64,000 nucleotides of DNA from an uncultured cyanobacterium (lineage in GTDB: Bacteria; Cyanobacteriota; Cyanobacteriia; CAKZMO01), in NCBI GenBank assembly GCA_963719515.1, contig CAVRCJ010000006.1, positions 384,001 through 448,000 of the forward strand. Reading direction: 5' to 3'. Below, one piece after another: positions 20,446 through 30,637 of the stretch. Within the stretch, counting starts at the first letter, position 1; every line of letters starts with the position of its first letter. Under the pieces are notes generated by a model. That model saw only the letters and a program-made list of their open reading frames with translations, did not search any database and was not told where the DNA came from. A program made the position numbers and the translations under genes.

Positions 20446-21309
20446 TTAGCTAGACCAGCTAGACAGATCTCGATTAATGAAGTCAGCAAGAACTTTGTTG
20501 GGTTCAGAAAAATGTTCGAGCAGCTTTTGACGTGTCTCAGGCTTCATGGGCGGAGCGGTATAGGTCTGTCGCACCTGCTTACCGTATGACGACTTTTGAA
20601 GCAGTTGGTAGACGCCGTCGCGCCAAGACTGTGGCACAGCCGCTGCGGCCGTTGCCAGCAGAGGAACTTTTCTGAGCGGAGCAGTAATCCGCCCTCGAAG
20701 CGTGTCCTCGAACACCTGTTTACCCTGATTTGCGATGACCGGTCCCTCGTCAGCAAAGTCGAAGCCGTCATCAACGCCAATAAACTGGCAGACTGATTTC
20801 AGCGTCTTGTACGGGGCGTCGATCATATCTTCGGAAAGCAAAAATAGAAATCTTTCTTTGGGAAAAAGGGCTGTGTAGCGCTCGATTTGCATCATGTAGT
20901 TACTGCCGTCAATAGCTTCACTGGTGCGCTCAAGATATTCCTCAAATGTCTCGTCTACGCCAGAACGGTGGCGATGCACGTAGTACGAATAGGCGCGGTT
21001 AACGGGATGACGCATGAGGTAGATCAGCTTCACCTCAGGGAGATGCTCCGCCATTCGCTCGGCGGCGTGGGGATATCTAGGCCATTTGGCGTAGTCTGTA
21101 GAAGCTTCGCCGCAGGCCTGGTCTTCCGTCGCTAGCTCAAATAAAGATGCGTAGTACTCTAGTCCCTTTTCGTATTTTTCGTCTATCCCAAAAAAGTTGG
21201 GTTCTTTGTCGTCAGGAATAAAACAGCCTGGATGCTTGCGAAGATAGGTTGCTAGAGTCGTTGTCCCCGACTTGGCCGCCCCAATGATTAGAAATTTAGG
21301 TAGATTCAT
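20446..21309 (-). CDS. PAPS-dependent sulfotransferase
   Basis: IIGAAKSGTT (5'-PSB loop), KEPNFF, GEASTDY, MRHPVNRAYS (3'-PB). Start placed at MNLPKF. Confidence 0.9.
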   Translation of the reverse strand: MNLPKFLIIGAAKSGTTTLATYLRKHPGCFIPDDKEPNFFGIDEKYEKGLEYYASLFELATEDQACGEASTDYAKWPRYPHAAERMAEHLPEVKLIYLMRHPVNRAYSYYVHRHRSGVDETFEEYLERTSEAIDGSNYMMQIERYTALFPKERFLFLLSEDMIDAPYKTLKSVCQFIGVDDGFDFADEGPVIANQGKQVFEDTLRGRITAPLRKVPLLATAAAAVPQSWRDGVYQLLQKSSYGKQVRQTYTAPPMKPETRQKLLEHFSEPNKVLADFINRDLSSWSS

Positions 21310-21387
21310 CTGCCCTTTATTACTCATAACTTTATAACTCATACAAACCAAGCTCAGCTTAGCGGAATAGCTTATCGATAGCTGACA

Positions 21388-22731
21388 CTATAGAAACACT
21401 TCTCTAATAGATAGCTCAAATCCTAGAAGATAACGACATAGGGCAGCAAGAGCAACCGCCGAAAGCATCAGAAATGTGGCTAAAAGATCCTGTTTCACAA
21501 ACGAGACCTTTTCTCGGCAAAGGCCATAAGCTGCAACGCTGTAGGGCAATATATCGTTCAGCGCGATCGCAATAATTGCACCCGGCAGTCCAAAAGCTTT
21601 ATAAGATAGAGGCACGGCAACTATCATGTAAATGAGCTTGAAATTGTATCCAACCGCGCCATAAACGGACTGGCCCACCGCCAGCAGAACCGCATTGGAA
21701 AGCTGAAACAAAATCATGGGCCAAATTCCAACGGCCAAAAGGGGCAACATCCAGGCCGCATTTCTGTAGTTCTCGTCATACAGAACGAGGATGATATAGT
21801 CTCCTACGTTAAAGAGCAGCGCCACGCCTAACGCCATGCCAATCAAGAGTAACCAGCGCTTCTTCTCTAGCTTTTCTCGCAATACGGCTCTAGGCTGGCT
21901 AGCCTGTTTTGAGACGACTGGAAAGACAACCTGGGTCGTCAATCGGCTGACGACCTGAGCCGGCAGATCGGCGAGGGTAAATGCGACGGTGTATACCCCC
22001 AGCATCTCGAATGAGAATAGCTTACCCAAGATAAGTCGGTCCGACTGCGACGCCAAAAAGGTCATTGCGGTGGAGACAAAAATCCACTTTCCAAATGAGA
22101 AAATTTCTTTTGCGGCTTCCGCATCCCAGGTAAACCGATGCTTTAGGTCTGGAATGAGCCGGTGACTCCAGATCATTTTGATGGTTGTGGAAACAATATT
22201 GCCCCCCACCAACGCCCAAACAGTCGGGCTGATCAAAGCCCAAGCCACCATAACGCTCAGAGATATGGCCTGAGCCACAAACTCAAAGACCGTTATCTTG
22301 CCAAAATCTAGTCTCTTTTTTAGAACATGCAGCGATGCGGAATAAAATCCCTGAATAATGGTTGTCAGACTAACGACCGGAATTAACCAAAGTAAGCGAT
22401 CATCTTCATAGAATGAAGCCACTGGCCAAGCGATAATCAGACTACAGGCCCAAAGTCCAAAGCCTCGAATGGCTTGAATTGTCCAAGCTGTGTTGACAAA
22501 TACAATGTCATCACCACGCTTGTTCTGGATGATGCTGGGCCCAATACCGATGTCAGAGAATAGAACAAGACCTATCACGAAGGTGTTGATCAAGCTCATC
22601 AATCCGAAATACTCCGGGACAAGCAGGCGCGTCAAAATGATGTTGCCGGCGAATCTCAGCCCTTGACTCGCACCGTAGCCGATGAAAGTCCAAGCAGCTC
22701 CATGTATAGCTTTCTTTTCGAGGGACACCAT
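21388..22731 (-). CDS. Wzx-type oligosaccharide flippase
   Basis: ILTRLL.PEYFGL, SDIGIG.SIIQ, DRLILGK, LGVY; polytopic membrane protein. Confidence 0.9.
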   Translation of the reverse strand: MVSLEKKAIHGAAWTFIGYGASQGLRFAGNIILTRLLVPEYFGLMSLINTFVIGLVLFSDIGIGPSIIQNKRGDDIVFVNTAWTIQAIRGFGLWACSLIIAWPVASFYEDDRLLWLIPVVSLTTIIQGFYSASLHVLKKRLDFGKITVFEFVAQAISLSVMVAWALISPTVWALVGGNIVSTTIKMIWSHRLIPDLKHRFTWDAEAAKEIFSFGKWIFVSTAMTFLASQSDRLILGKLFSFEMLGVYTVAFTLADLPAQVVSRLTTQVVFPVVSKQASQPRAVLREKLEKKRWLLLIGMALGVALLFNVGDYIILVLYDENYRNAAWMLPLLAVGIWPMILFQLSNAVLLAVGQSVYGAVGYNFKLIYMIVAVPLSYKAFGLPGAIIAIALNDILPYSVAAYGLCREKVSFVKQDLLATFLMLSAVALAALCRYLLGFELSIREVFL

Positions 22732-22804
22732 AAACGTGAATCAGTGATTGGGTCTTGAGATTGGCAAGGGTGCGTTTAAAGGCTAGAAAAACCGGGAGAG
22801 ACGG

Positions 22805-24070
22805 CTAAACAGAAGCTTGACTTGAATCTCTTAGACCAAACGAGCCGGTGACAGCAGACTGCGGCATTTGTTTTTCTGAAAACAGCTCCTTTAAGACGAG
22901 TGCTTCAGCAGTGGCGTCGTGATAGCTCCGAATCCGTGCCTTCCCTTGCTCCCCCATCGTTTCGAGGGTCTCTCTAGATGACTCTAGCGCAGCTCTAACC
23001 GCCTCTGCGAGTTTTTCAATAGCGCCGGGAGGAACGAGCCATCCACAGCAGCCAGGCTCGACTAGTTCCGGAATACCGGCGACGTAGGTGCTGACAACCG
23101 GTCGCCCGAGAGCCAGCGACTCCATAATGACAACGGGTAAACCTTCTGCAAAACTGGGTAAAACTGAAATCTTTGAGCTAACTATATAGTCCTTAACTTC
23201 TGAGCTACTCGCCCAGCCGGTGATTGTAACTTGATCCGTTAGGTTGAGGTCTCGGATGCGGTCTTCGATGGGCGATCGCAGAGGACCATCGCCAACAAGC
23301 ACTAGGCTGAACGGAACCTGCTCCTTCGCGAGCAGTCCAGCGGCCTCAATCAGCATCAAGTGCCCCTTCTGCTCAGAAAGTCTCCCGACACAAACTAGCT
23401 GGGGCGTATCGGGTAGATCGTGCGTAGGGGCAGAGAGGTACTCTTGATCGACGCCGCAGCGAACAATTTTTATCTTGGACCAGTGCTCGAAGCTGCACCA
23501 GCGATAGAGCTGACTACGCCCAAATGAGCTGATGGCCACCACAAACTTAGCTCGCTCTATCTTTTGGGTCAGGCCAATCCCCCCTACCCGATCAAACTCC
23601 TCTGGGCCATGGACCGTAAAGCTGTAGGGGATGCCGCTCAGCTCGCTGGCCAGCATCGCCACAGTTGCCGAGTTAGTGCCAAAATGGGCGTGCAGGTGGG
23701 TCACACCGTCAGCTATCAGCCAGTTTGCCAGGGTGCAGGCCTCAACAAGATAGATGAGGTGGTACAGGATGCCGCGATCGCCCTGCTGTCCCTGCTTAAG
23801 CGCTAGCGTCAGCGCTGCGACAAAAGCGACGGGATGAGTGAGTAGCGCTTTAACAAAGCTCCAAAGTAAAATATACGGTGGCTGGCTCAAGACAACCTTT
23901 GTCTTTTGGAGTTCTTGCTTGTCAGCCTCGTCGACAAGTTCTCCACTGCAAGAGCGGATTGAAAACCGCATCACTGCTACGCCGTGGCTCTCTAGGCTCA
24001 GAATTTCTCTGCGAATAAAGCTGTGGCTGACTTTGGGATATTGATTGACTAGATACGCAACGCTAGACAT
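22805..24070 (-). CDS. glycosyltransferase family 4 (WcaL-like)
   Basis: YP..SHSFIRREI, HLHAHF, VGRLSEQKG, EGLPVVIMES. Start placed at MSSVAY. Confidence 0.9.
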   Translation of the reverse strand: MSSVAYLVNQYPKVSHSFIRREILSLESHGVAVMRFSIRSCSGELVDEADKQELQKTKVVLSQPPYILLWSFVKALLTHPVAFVAALTLALKQGQQGDRGILYHLIYLVEACTLANWLIADGVTHLHAHFGTNSATVAMLASELSGIPYSFTVHGPEEFDRVGGIGLTQKIERAKFVVAISSFGRSQLYRWCSFEHWSKIKIVRCGVDQEYLSAPTHDLPDTPQLVCVGRLSEQKGHLMLIEAAGLLAKEQVPFSLVLVGDGPLRSPIEDRIRDLNLTDQVTITGWASSSEVKDYIVSSKISVLPSFAEGLPVVIMESLALGRPVVSTYVAGIPELVEPGCCGWLVPPGAIEKLAEAVRAALESSRETLETMGEQGKARIRSYHDATAEALVLKELFSEKQMPQSAVTGSFGLRDSSQASV

Positions 24071-24775
24071 ATATAATTTAGATAGAGAAAATAAGGTAAA
24101 CGAGTAGTAAGATTCAATATTGAAATCGGCGATATCGCGGTAAGCCGCGTCAGCGAGTCGCAACCATGACCAACCCTTATCTGAGACCCGAGCTGTGGGT
24201 CTAGTCTAGTTAACCCCGGCTAAAGGTTGTCAAAACATTGGTTCTGAGAGCATCGATTTTACTCAGCTATCCACAAGCACTCTATAGGCTAGAGGGCCTG
24301 CCACCTCTAAAGGTAGGTTAGGACGTGTAAAGCTCGACTATTTCCCGCCAGACAATCATCGACTCTTCATTATTCCTAAAATAGCTTCAAATTTTAATAA
24401 AATTCAGCAGGCTGGCATAATCCTGCCAAGTGCTTAGCCAGAGAAGGTTTGAGGCAACACCATCTGCTTCCACGAGCCTCTATTCGCCTGCAAAGGACAT
24501 CTCCTTTGGAGATTAATTTGCAAATCCTTTATGTTTCACTGAGTTTCCCTGGCTGAAGCTTTACAACTTGGACGAAGTTAGGCGCAAATTGTTTCGGGGT
24601 CCACAGGCATACTTTAGGTATATTTAACGAAGAGCGTCACGCGACTTTCAGCCTTAAATAGAGATTAGGGCAAAAAAAGGCAGCGGCCTAGAGAAAAGAT
24701 ACTTCATGCCTCAACAATTTGCTGCACTGCTCTCACAAGCTGCCGCGCTTAATTGAGACCTGCATATTTGATTTT

Positions 24776-25366
24776 ATGATGAACAACCCCTCACGCTCTC
24801 CGATTTCAGCAACTGAACCCGATTGGAGCCGAGAAGAGCCTTCAGCGCTTTGGGAGCCTTCGAAGCAGCTTATGAAAGCCATTCGTCGCTACCAGGCTTG
24901 GCAAGACAGAACAGGACCAATAGCCTGGGGAACCTGTAAGCTGGCGGTGCTGCAGCACCGTTTTTGGAGCGTTGTCACGGGAGCCGACGTTCCCATTAAT
25001 TGCCAGATTGGTGGAGGGCTGGTTTTGCCCCACCCCAATGGCGTCGTGATTCACCCCGAGGCTCGTATTGGACCGAACTGCGTCTTTTTTCAGCAGGTGA
25101 CCGTGGTGGCTGGGGTCACGGTGGGAGGACAAGTCAATATCACCGCAGGGGCGAAGATCATCCGCCCCGTGACGATTGGAAACCACGCCAAAATCGGGGC
25201 AAACGCGGTGGTCCGATGCGATGTTCCTGCTGGTGCAACAGCTGTAGGCGTTCCGGCCCGGGTGATTCTGCCGCGTCGCGCCGAGGCCGATGACGGCCAA
25301 GCTGAGAGACAGTCTGCTCCGTCTCAGCCTGTAAGCCTGAGCCATCAAGAGAGCGGCACGGCTTAA
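24776..25366 (+). CDS. CysE/WcaB-like hexapeptide acetyltransferase
   Basis: IGGGLVLPHPNGVVIH, IGANAVV..DVP...TAVGVPAR left-handed beta-helix. Start placed at MMNNPS. Confidence 0.85.
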   Translation: MMNNPSRSPISATEPDWSREEPSALWEPSKQLMKAIRRYQAWQDRTGPIAWGTCKLAVLQHRFWSVVTGADVPINCQIGGGLVLPHPNGVVIHPEARIGPNCVFFQQVTVVAGVTVGGQVNITAGAKIIRPVTIGNHAKIGANAVVRCDVPAGATAVGVPARVILPRRAEADDGQAERQSAPSQPVSLSHQESGTA

Positions 25367-25376
25367 ACCGCGGCCC

Positions 25377-25967
25377 TCATGTTACAGGCTTATTTAAACC
25401 TGGGGCGACGCGTAGCGAGTACTCGGTGTGGATGTCCCATTGAGTCCTGTAGACCAGTAGAGTCAGGCGATCGCAGACAAACTCAAAGTGAACCGGACGC
25501 GATTGTAGGTCGTCCCAGGCTCGGCGAAACAGCGCTGGAGACAGGTTGCGTGAGGCCACGGTGACGTGAGGAGAAAAGGAGCGCGACTTGGCCTTAGGAT
25601 CGCTAATGCTGCAGTGGGCGCTGAGGTGGCGGGCAATCTGAGCCTGTAGCGTTAGCAGGGCCTCAGTCTTTTCGACATTTATGTAGAGGACGCGGGGCTC
25701 AAATGCGCTGAACCCATTGAGGCAGATTGGTACCGGAGCCTGTCGGGCGGCGATCGCCTCAATCTGTTGAGCGAGCTTGCTGATGGAGTTAGTATTGGTG
25801 GCCCAAAGGAAAGGGGGCTGCAGCGTGATGTGGGGGGCAGCTTTGGCGGTACTGGTGCGGTAGCGCTTTCGCAGCTCGGCAATCACGCCGCTGGCATAAG
25901 CTTCAACCTCTGGGGCTAGCATTAGGGCGATGAAGAAGCGCGCTGGGTCTGAATTAGACAGGGTCAT
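25377..25967 (-). CDS. 2H phosphoesterase (2'-5' RNA ligase family)
   Basis: Two HxT motifs: PHITL and PHVTV. Confidence 0.9.
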   Translation of the reverse strand: MTLSNSDPARFFIALMLAPEVEAYASGVIAELRKRYRTSTAKAAPHITLQPPFLWATNTNSISKLAQQIEAIAARQAPVPICLNGFSAFEPRVLYINVEKTEALLTLQAQIARHLSAHCSISDPKAKSRSFSPHVTVASRNLSPALFRRAWDDLQSRPVHFEFVCDRLTLLVYRTQWDIHTEYSLRVAPGLNKPVT

Positions 25968-26055
25968 GGGAGCTAGATAATGTCGCTAGACAGACTTTGC
26001 ATTAGTGGTCAATGGTGTCACAGTAGTAGGTAGCGATCGTCTCAAGGGAGAACCT

Positions 26056-26697
26056 ATGGTAACTATTGCTGTCATTGATTACGATATGGGCAATCTGCAC
26101 TCTGCCTGCAAGGGCATCGAGCAGGCCGGCGGCCATCCTAATATTACCGACCGCGCCAGCGATATTCTCAGCGCTGATGCCGTCATTCTCCCAGGGGTAG
26201 GCGCTTTTGACCCCGCCGTGCGCCATATCCGCGCCCGCGACTTGGCCGGACCCATCCGCGATGCGATCGACAGCGGCAAGCCATTCCTAGGCATTTGTCT
26301 GGGGCTACAGATTTTGCTAGAGGGCTCTGAGGAAGGGCGAGAGCCGGGGTTAGGGCTTATTCCCGGCATGATTCGCAAGTTTCAGCCAGAGCCCAGCATT
26401 ACCATCCCGCAGATGGGGTGGAACCAGCTCGATCTGACCCAGCCCAGTCTGCCGCTCTGGAATCAGATGCCCCCTAACCCCTGGGTCTATTTCGTTCACT
26501 CTTACTACGCCGACCCCACAGACCCCGACGTGGTTGCCGCCACCGTCACCCACGGCTCTCAAGTTGTGACCGCTGCGATCGCCAAGGGCAACCTCAGCGC
26601 TGTGCAGTTCCACCCGGAGAAATCTTCAACGGCGGGGCTACAGCTGCTCGCCAACTTCGTCCAAACCGTCCAGCAGGCTTCGGCTGTGGCAGTCTAG
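26056..26697 (+). CDS. hisH: imidazole glycerol phosphate synthase subunit HisH
   Basis: IDYDMGNLHS, LPGVGAF, GICLGLQ, FVHSY, QFHPEKS. Start placed at MVTIAV after GGGAG. Confidence 0.97.
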   Translation: MVTIAVIDYDMGNLHSACKGIEQAGGHPNITDRASDILSADAVILPGVGAFDPAVRHIRARDLAGPIRDAIDSGKPFLGICLGLQILLEGSEEGREPGLGLIPGMIRKFQPEPSITIPQMGWNQLDLTQPSLPLWNQMPPNPWVYFVHSYYADPTDPDVVAATVTHGSQVVTAAIAKGNLSAVQFHPEKSSTAGLQLLANFVQTVQQASAVAV

Positions 26698-26732
26698 CCA
26701 GCGGCTTCGCTGAGCTGTTCGCGCAGGTCGCT

Positions 26733-27317
26733 ATGGCGCTTCGTATCTACGGAAATCGTCCCCTTAAAACGCTGCCGGGGCAGAAAACGAGACCGACGTC
26801 AGCGCGGGTACGAGAGGCCGTATTCAATATCCTCCAGGGCGACGTTTCGGGCTGCCGCTGGCTAGACCTTTGCGCCGGCAGTGGAGCCATGGGGGCAGAG
26901 GCACTTTGCCGGGGAGCCTGCTACGCCCTGGGCATTGAGCGCTCTGGGCCGGCCTGCGCTGTGGTCTCCCACAACTGGCGGCAGGTCGCTGGCCCCGGCC
27001 AAACGTTTGATGTGGTCCGAGGAGACTTAGTGAAGCAGCTCCCCAGGCTCAAGCGACCTCCCTTCGACTACATTTACTTCGATCCGCCCTACGCCAGCGA
27101 TCTCTATGAGCCCGCACTGCAGGCGATCGCCACCTACGCGCTTCTACAGCAGGGGGGAGCCCTCATTGTCGAACATGCCGACGACAAAATGCTCCCCCCT
27201 GAAGTTTTAAGCCAAGACAATTCCAAGGACTCGCCTCAGCTAAGGCGCTACCGACAAAAGACCTATGGACACACCCAGCTCTCGTTTTATGCCGTTGATT
27301 GTGCTGCTGCGCTTTAG
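26733..27317 (+). CDS. rsmD: 16S rRNA m2G966 methyltransferase
   Basis: TRPT..RVREAVFNIL, LDLCAGSG, DPPY. Confidence 0.93.
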   Translation: MALRIYGNRPLKTLPGQKTRPTSARVREAVFNILQGDVSGCRWLDLCAGSGAMGAEALCRGACYALGIERSGPACAVVSHNWRQVAGPGQTFDVVRGDLVKQLPRLKRPPFDYIYFDPPYASDLYEPALQAIATYALLQQGGALIVEHADDKMLPPEVLSQDNSKDSPQLRRYRQKTYGHTQLSFYAVDCAAAL

Positions 27318-27349
27318 CGCAGCAGATTAATCGCCTGTGATTGGTTGTC

Positions 27350-27463
27350 CTATAGATCGAGCTGGTTGCCGCGTCGATACTGCAAATAGGCAGCAACAAA
27401 CAGACCTGCCAGCGTGATAGGAATTAGACCCAGTACAATCCCAGATAGTAAAGGCTCAACCAT
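27350..27463 (-). CDS. petG: cytochrome b6f subunit PetG (37 aa, below the ORF-track cutoff)
   Basis: Hand translation: [37 protein letters not shown]. Confidence 0.97.
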   Translation of the reverse strand: MVEPLLSGIVLGLIPITLAGLFVAAYLQYRRGNQLDL

Positions 27464-27898
27464 AGCTCAAATCTCCTTGTCGTACTTGTTGTTATCAAAA
27501 TCGACCTATCGCCAGCTCGATCTAGAGTCAATTCTAGCGACTGCGGTAGGGCTACTACGATCTATATCGCCGTGATCCGTATCATTGAGATCGTATCACT
27601 GAGACAGCAGTCGTGCAGGTATTGCATCGAGCACCACGCGCCCAGTACGCTCATACGTCTTCATCGTCGCACGCTGTGGCAGTCTCATGCCGTTCACATT
27701 CCGTAACAGAGCTAAAAATAACGACACTCAACTGACCACTTTGCCCGTATCCCTCTCTCCGAAAAGATCTCCGCTGCTGAGGAGCAGGCGATTGACAGGG
27801 AAAAGCTTTGGAAAACTTCAAAGACCGCTTGAGCTGGCGTTAAGAAGGATAAAGTATTAAAGTGTTTTATTAGATAGCGACACTCTATATCCCTAGCG

Positions 27899-28291
27899 TT
27901 GACTAAAGAACTTTTGAACGAGCGTACAACACTCAATCTCGATGTGATTATCCAAGGGTTATCCTTAGCGATAATCGCGGTGCTGTTCGCGGTGCTCCTG
28001 TTTTTGCTGGGAATGTATCAGACGCGCTACGCCGATCCCTACATCCGCAGCGTCTTAGCGACGTCAGGTGATGCTGAGCGAGGCAGCGCAATATTTCAGA
28101 TGAACTGCGGCACCTGTCACGGACTCTACGGTGATGGGCTTGTCGGACCTAGCTTGCACGACGTCTCTGAGCGTAAGTCGCGGGTGGCTATCATCCGGCA
28201 GGTCATCAGCGGCAACACGCCACCCATGCCCCAGTTTCAGCCTAACTACAAGGACATGGCAGACCTGCTGGAGTACCTTGAAGTAATCTAG
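27899..28291 (+). CDS. cytM: cytochrome cM
   Basis: N-terminal TM, DPYI..VL...GD, CGTCH heme motif, GPSL, TPPMPQF; divergent from petG. Confidence 0.88.
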   Translation: MTKELLNERTTLNLDVIIQGLSLAIIAVLFAVLLFLLGMYQTRYADPYIRSVLATSGDAERGSAIFQMNCGTCHGLYGDGLVGPSLHDVSERKSRVAIIRQVISGNTPPMPQFQPNYKDMADLLEYLEVI

Positions 28292-28293
28292 CT

Positions 28294-28686
28294 TCAGGCA
28301 TCAGCTTCGTAAGCCTCTAAAGGTAAGTCGTCTGGATCAAAGAAGAAGGTGAACTTGCGGTTGGTTAGCTTATCTACGCGAACGGGTTCGACGTCAACCC
28401 CTTGCTCGATCAGATATTCCGCAAATTCGTCAACGTTGTCAACGGCAAATGAGAGGTGACGCAGCCCACGAGCCTCGGGGTGAGAAGGACGCGCGGGCGG
28501 ATTGGGGAAGGAGAACAGCTCAATGCGCTCGCGATCGCCCACTTTAAGGTCTAGCTTGTAGGAGTCGCGCTCGTCTCTGTAGGTCTCCTCGATAATGGGG
28601 AAGCCTAGAATCTCTGTGTAAAACAGCTTAGACCACTTGTAGTCTGAGCAGATGATGGCGACATGGTGGATCGACTTAATATGCAT
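28294..28686 (-). CDS. VOC/glyoxalase family protein (YaeR-like)
   Basis: IHHVAIICSDY, IELFSFP, GLRHLSF, DPDDLPLE. Start placed at MHIKS. Confidence 0.9.
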   Translation of the reverse strand: MHIKSIHHVAIICSDYKWSKLFYTEILGFPIIEETYRDERDSYKLDLKVGDRERIELFSFPNPPARPSHPEARGLRHLSFAVDNVDEFAEYLIEQGVDVEPVRVDKLTNRKFTFFFDPDDLPLEAYEADA

Positions 28687-28809
28687 TAATCGCAAAGGTA
28701 TCGGGACGAACGATGTGCTGACTCGCAGCACATCTCAAAGTTTAGCAACTCCTTGGAAATTCTCACCGAATCTCAGCGGCAAGAGTGACCCGCCGCACAG
28801 CTGGGCTCT

Positions 28810-29169
28810 CTAGCTGCGCGAGCCCGCAATCCGGTTGGGCAGTATCGTCGGCTCTTCCACGGCCCTCCGGAACTCTTCAACCTCTTCGTTAAAGTCAATG
28901 GGCATGACGGCAACCACGTTCTCGTGGGGTCGAGGAATAATGACCCAGGTCTCTAGAACGCCACCCGGTGTATTCTCAGCGGCCTCAACACCCGCTGCCA
29001 TCGCGGCTTTGACCTCAGAGACATCGCCCCGAATGTTGACGACGAATCGGGCGCTTCCCCCACGGATATAGCCAATCAGCGTCACGCGGCCCGCCTTAAC
29101 CATGGCGTCAGCGGCGGCTAGCACGGGCGGAAATCCTTTCGTTTCGAGCGATCCAACTGCCTGGGGCAT
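28810..29169 (-). CDS. ccmK4: carboxysome shell protein CcmK4
   Basis: AVGSLETKGFP.VLAAADAMVKAGRVT, NIRGDVSEV, WVIIPRPHENV. Start placed at MPQAVG. Confidence 0.9.
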   Translation of the reverse strand: MPQAVGSLETKGFPPVLAAADAMVKAGRVTLIGYIRGGSARFVVNIRGDVSEVKAAMAAGVEAAENTPGGVLETWVIIPRPHENVVAVMPIDFNEEVEEFRRAVEEPTILPNRIAGSRS

Positions 29170-29367
29170 ACCAACTCTCCTTACATCAATCTTGCCTGTG
29201 GATTTATCAGCGTGAAAAGCCCGTAGAAGCGCATCAGCGACCAATATCTCTACATCATTCTACGGGGGTTTGCTCCCATTTTTTGGCCCAAGCTGCTTCA
29301 TCTCCGCATTTGGGCGATTCTTAAAATCTGCTTAGCGGACAGCAATGCTTCGACATAAAGAGAAACA

Positions 29368-29682
29368 TTACGAAACGCGGAAGGGTTCGGACTCTTCGGT
29401 GAAGTCAATGGGCATCACTGAGACCGTATTGGGGGTTGGATTGGGGATGTAGCAGTGACAGGTAACCTCGCCGTTGTAGGGTAGGTCGCTCGTGGCCAGC
29501 TTGCCCGCTTCCATAGCTCGCTTAACTTCTGCCACGGGGCCTCGAATGACGACGAAGTGACGGCCACTGTCGGCCTGCTCCCGCCGCACAAAGGTGACGC
29601 GCCCCGCCTTGATCATGGCATCTGCCGCGAGCATAGAGGCAGGAAGACCGTGGGTTTCGATGACGCCAACAGCAATAGGCAT
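29368..29682 (-). CDS. ccmK3: carboxysome shell protein CcmK3
   Basis: MPIAVGVIET.G, AADAMIKAGRV, IRGPVAEV, YIPNP; directly upstream of ccmK4. Confidence 0.85.
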   Translation of the reverse strand: MPIAVGVIETHGLPASMLAADAMIKAGRVTFVRREQADSGRHFVVIRGPVAEVKRAMEAGKLATSDLPYNGEVTCHCYIPNPTPNTVSVMPIDFTEESEPFRVS

Positions 29683-29722
29683 TTGAGAGTTCTCCAGTTT
29701 CAATAGCGATGGTTTGCAGGTC

Positions 29723-30301
29723 CTAGACCTTGAGCAGGCTAGGCTCACCAGCGGAGGCAATCACCTGCTCGCAGCGAGACTGGGGGTAAGCCCACCCGTA
29801 GTGACATTCATTGGGGTCGCCCCAGCATAAGCCCAAATATAGCTCAGCGCGGCCCGCCTCAATCTCTACCCACTCCGCCGCCTGAATGCGCTCGTCAGCT
29901 TGCTTTGCAAAGATTGTTCGAGTCGGGTTCAGCTGCCATAGAGGCATCTGACCAGCCTGCTCTCGCCAAAAGGCCAAAATTCTGGGCTTACTCGCAATCA
30001 GGTCGTCTTTATCGCTGCCAATGGCCACCAGCTGATTGTGAATTTCGGAAAACTGGATGACCTGTCCGTTAAACTGACAGCTGCGCTGAATGAGTCCCGA
30101 TACGCTGTGGTCAATCTGATATTGGTGAATCTGACTGCGAAAATCTCGATAGGCGTACACCTTGCTGAGCTTTTCGGTGCCCAGCGCCTTTTCCATGACC
30201 GGATCGAGCCGACTCGACGACAGAAGAAGGCGATCGCCTTTCCAAGCGGCCTGAAGCTCTTCGTCCAAAATCCGAATCAGCTGCTCGGTACTGTAGGGCA
30301 T
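29723..30301 (-). CDS. conserved hypothetical protein
   Basis: 192-aa ORF upstream of ccmK3, co-oriented; MPYST.QLI.ILD.EL start. Confidence 0.7.
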   Translation of the reverse strand: MPYSTEQLIRILDEELQAAWKGDRLLLSSSRLDPVMEKALGTEKLSKVYAYRDFRSQIHQYQIDHSVSGLIQRSCQFNGQVIQFSEIHNQLVAIGSDKDDLIASKPRILAFWREQAGQMPLWQLNPTRTIFAKQADERIQAAEWVEIEAGRAELYLGLCWGDPNECHYGWAYPQSRCEQVIASAGEPSLLKV

Positions 30302-30313
30302 TGTGTGGGGCAG

Positions 30314-30490
30314 CTAGTCGAGATAGCCGAGCATGTCGTCCATATTCTCAGTGGTGTTATCGCCGACGGGGCGATTGCGGGGCAGCGGACGAACGGGGGG
30401 GCGACGAATATCAATCTGCGGCGATCGCTGAATGTTGAGTCTGTCAGCGCGGGGGGTGGGCTGAATCTTGTAGCGGGGATCTGAGGTCAT
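30314..30490 (-). CDS. small Pro/Arg-rich protein (58 aa, not in the track)
   Basis: Hand translation MTSDPRYKIQPTPRADRLNIQRSPQIDIRRPPVRPLPRNRPVGDNTTENMDDMLGYLD*; ends 12 bp before the next ATG. Confidence 0.6.
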   Translation of the reverse strand: MTSDPRYKIQPTPRADRLNIQRSPQIDIRRPPVRPLPRNRPVGDNTTENMDDMLGYLD

Positions 30491-30637
30491 GATTTAATAG
30501 CGATAATACTGTTGCCCAAGGCCAATGCGTTGGAATGTGCTGGCCAATGCCCTGAGGCTATGGACTTCTCCTATCTTACTCGCCAATCTCCCCCCAATCG
30601 CGATCGCCCTTTACTCATTCCCTAAGACAGATACACC

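Noticed and set aside
30038..30484. 148-aa plus-strand ORF
   Set aside because: Antisense to two better-supported minus-strand genes.
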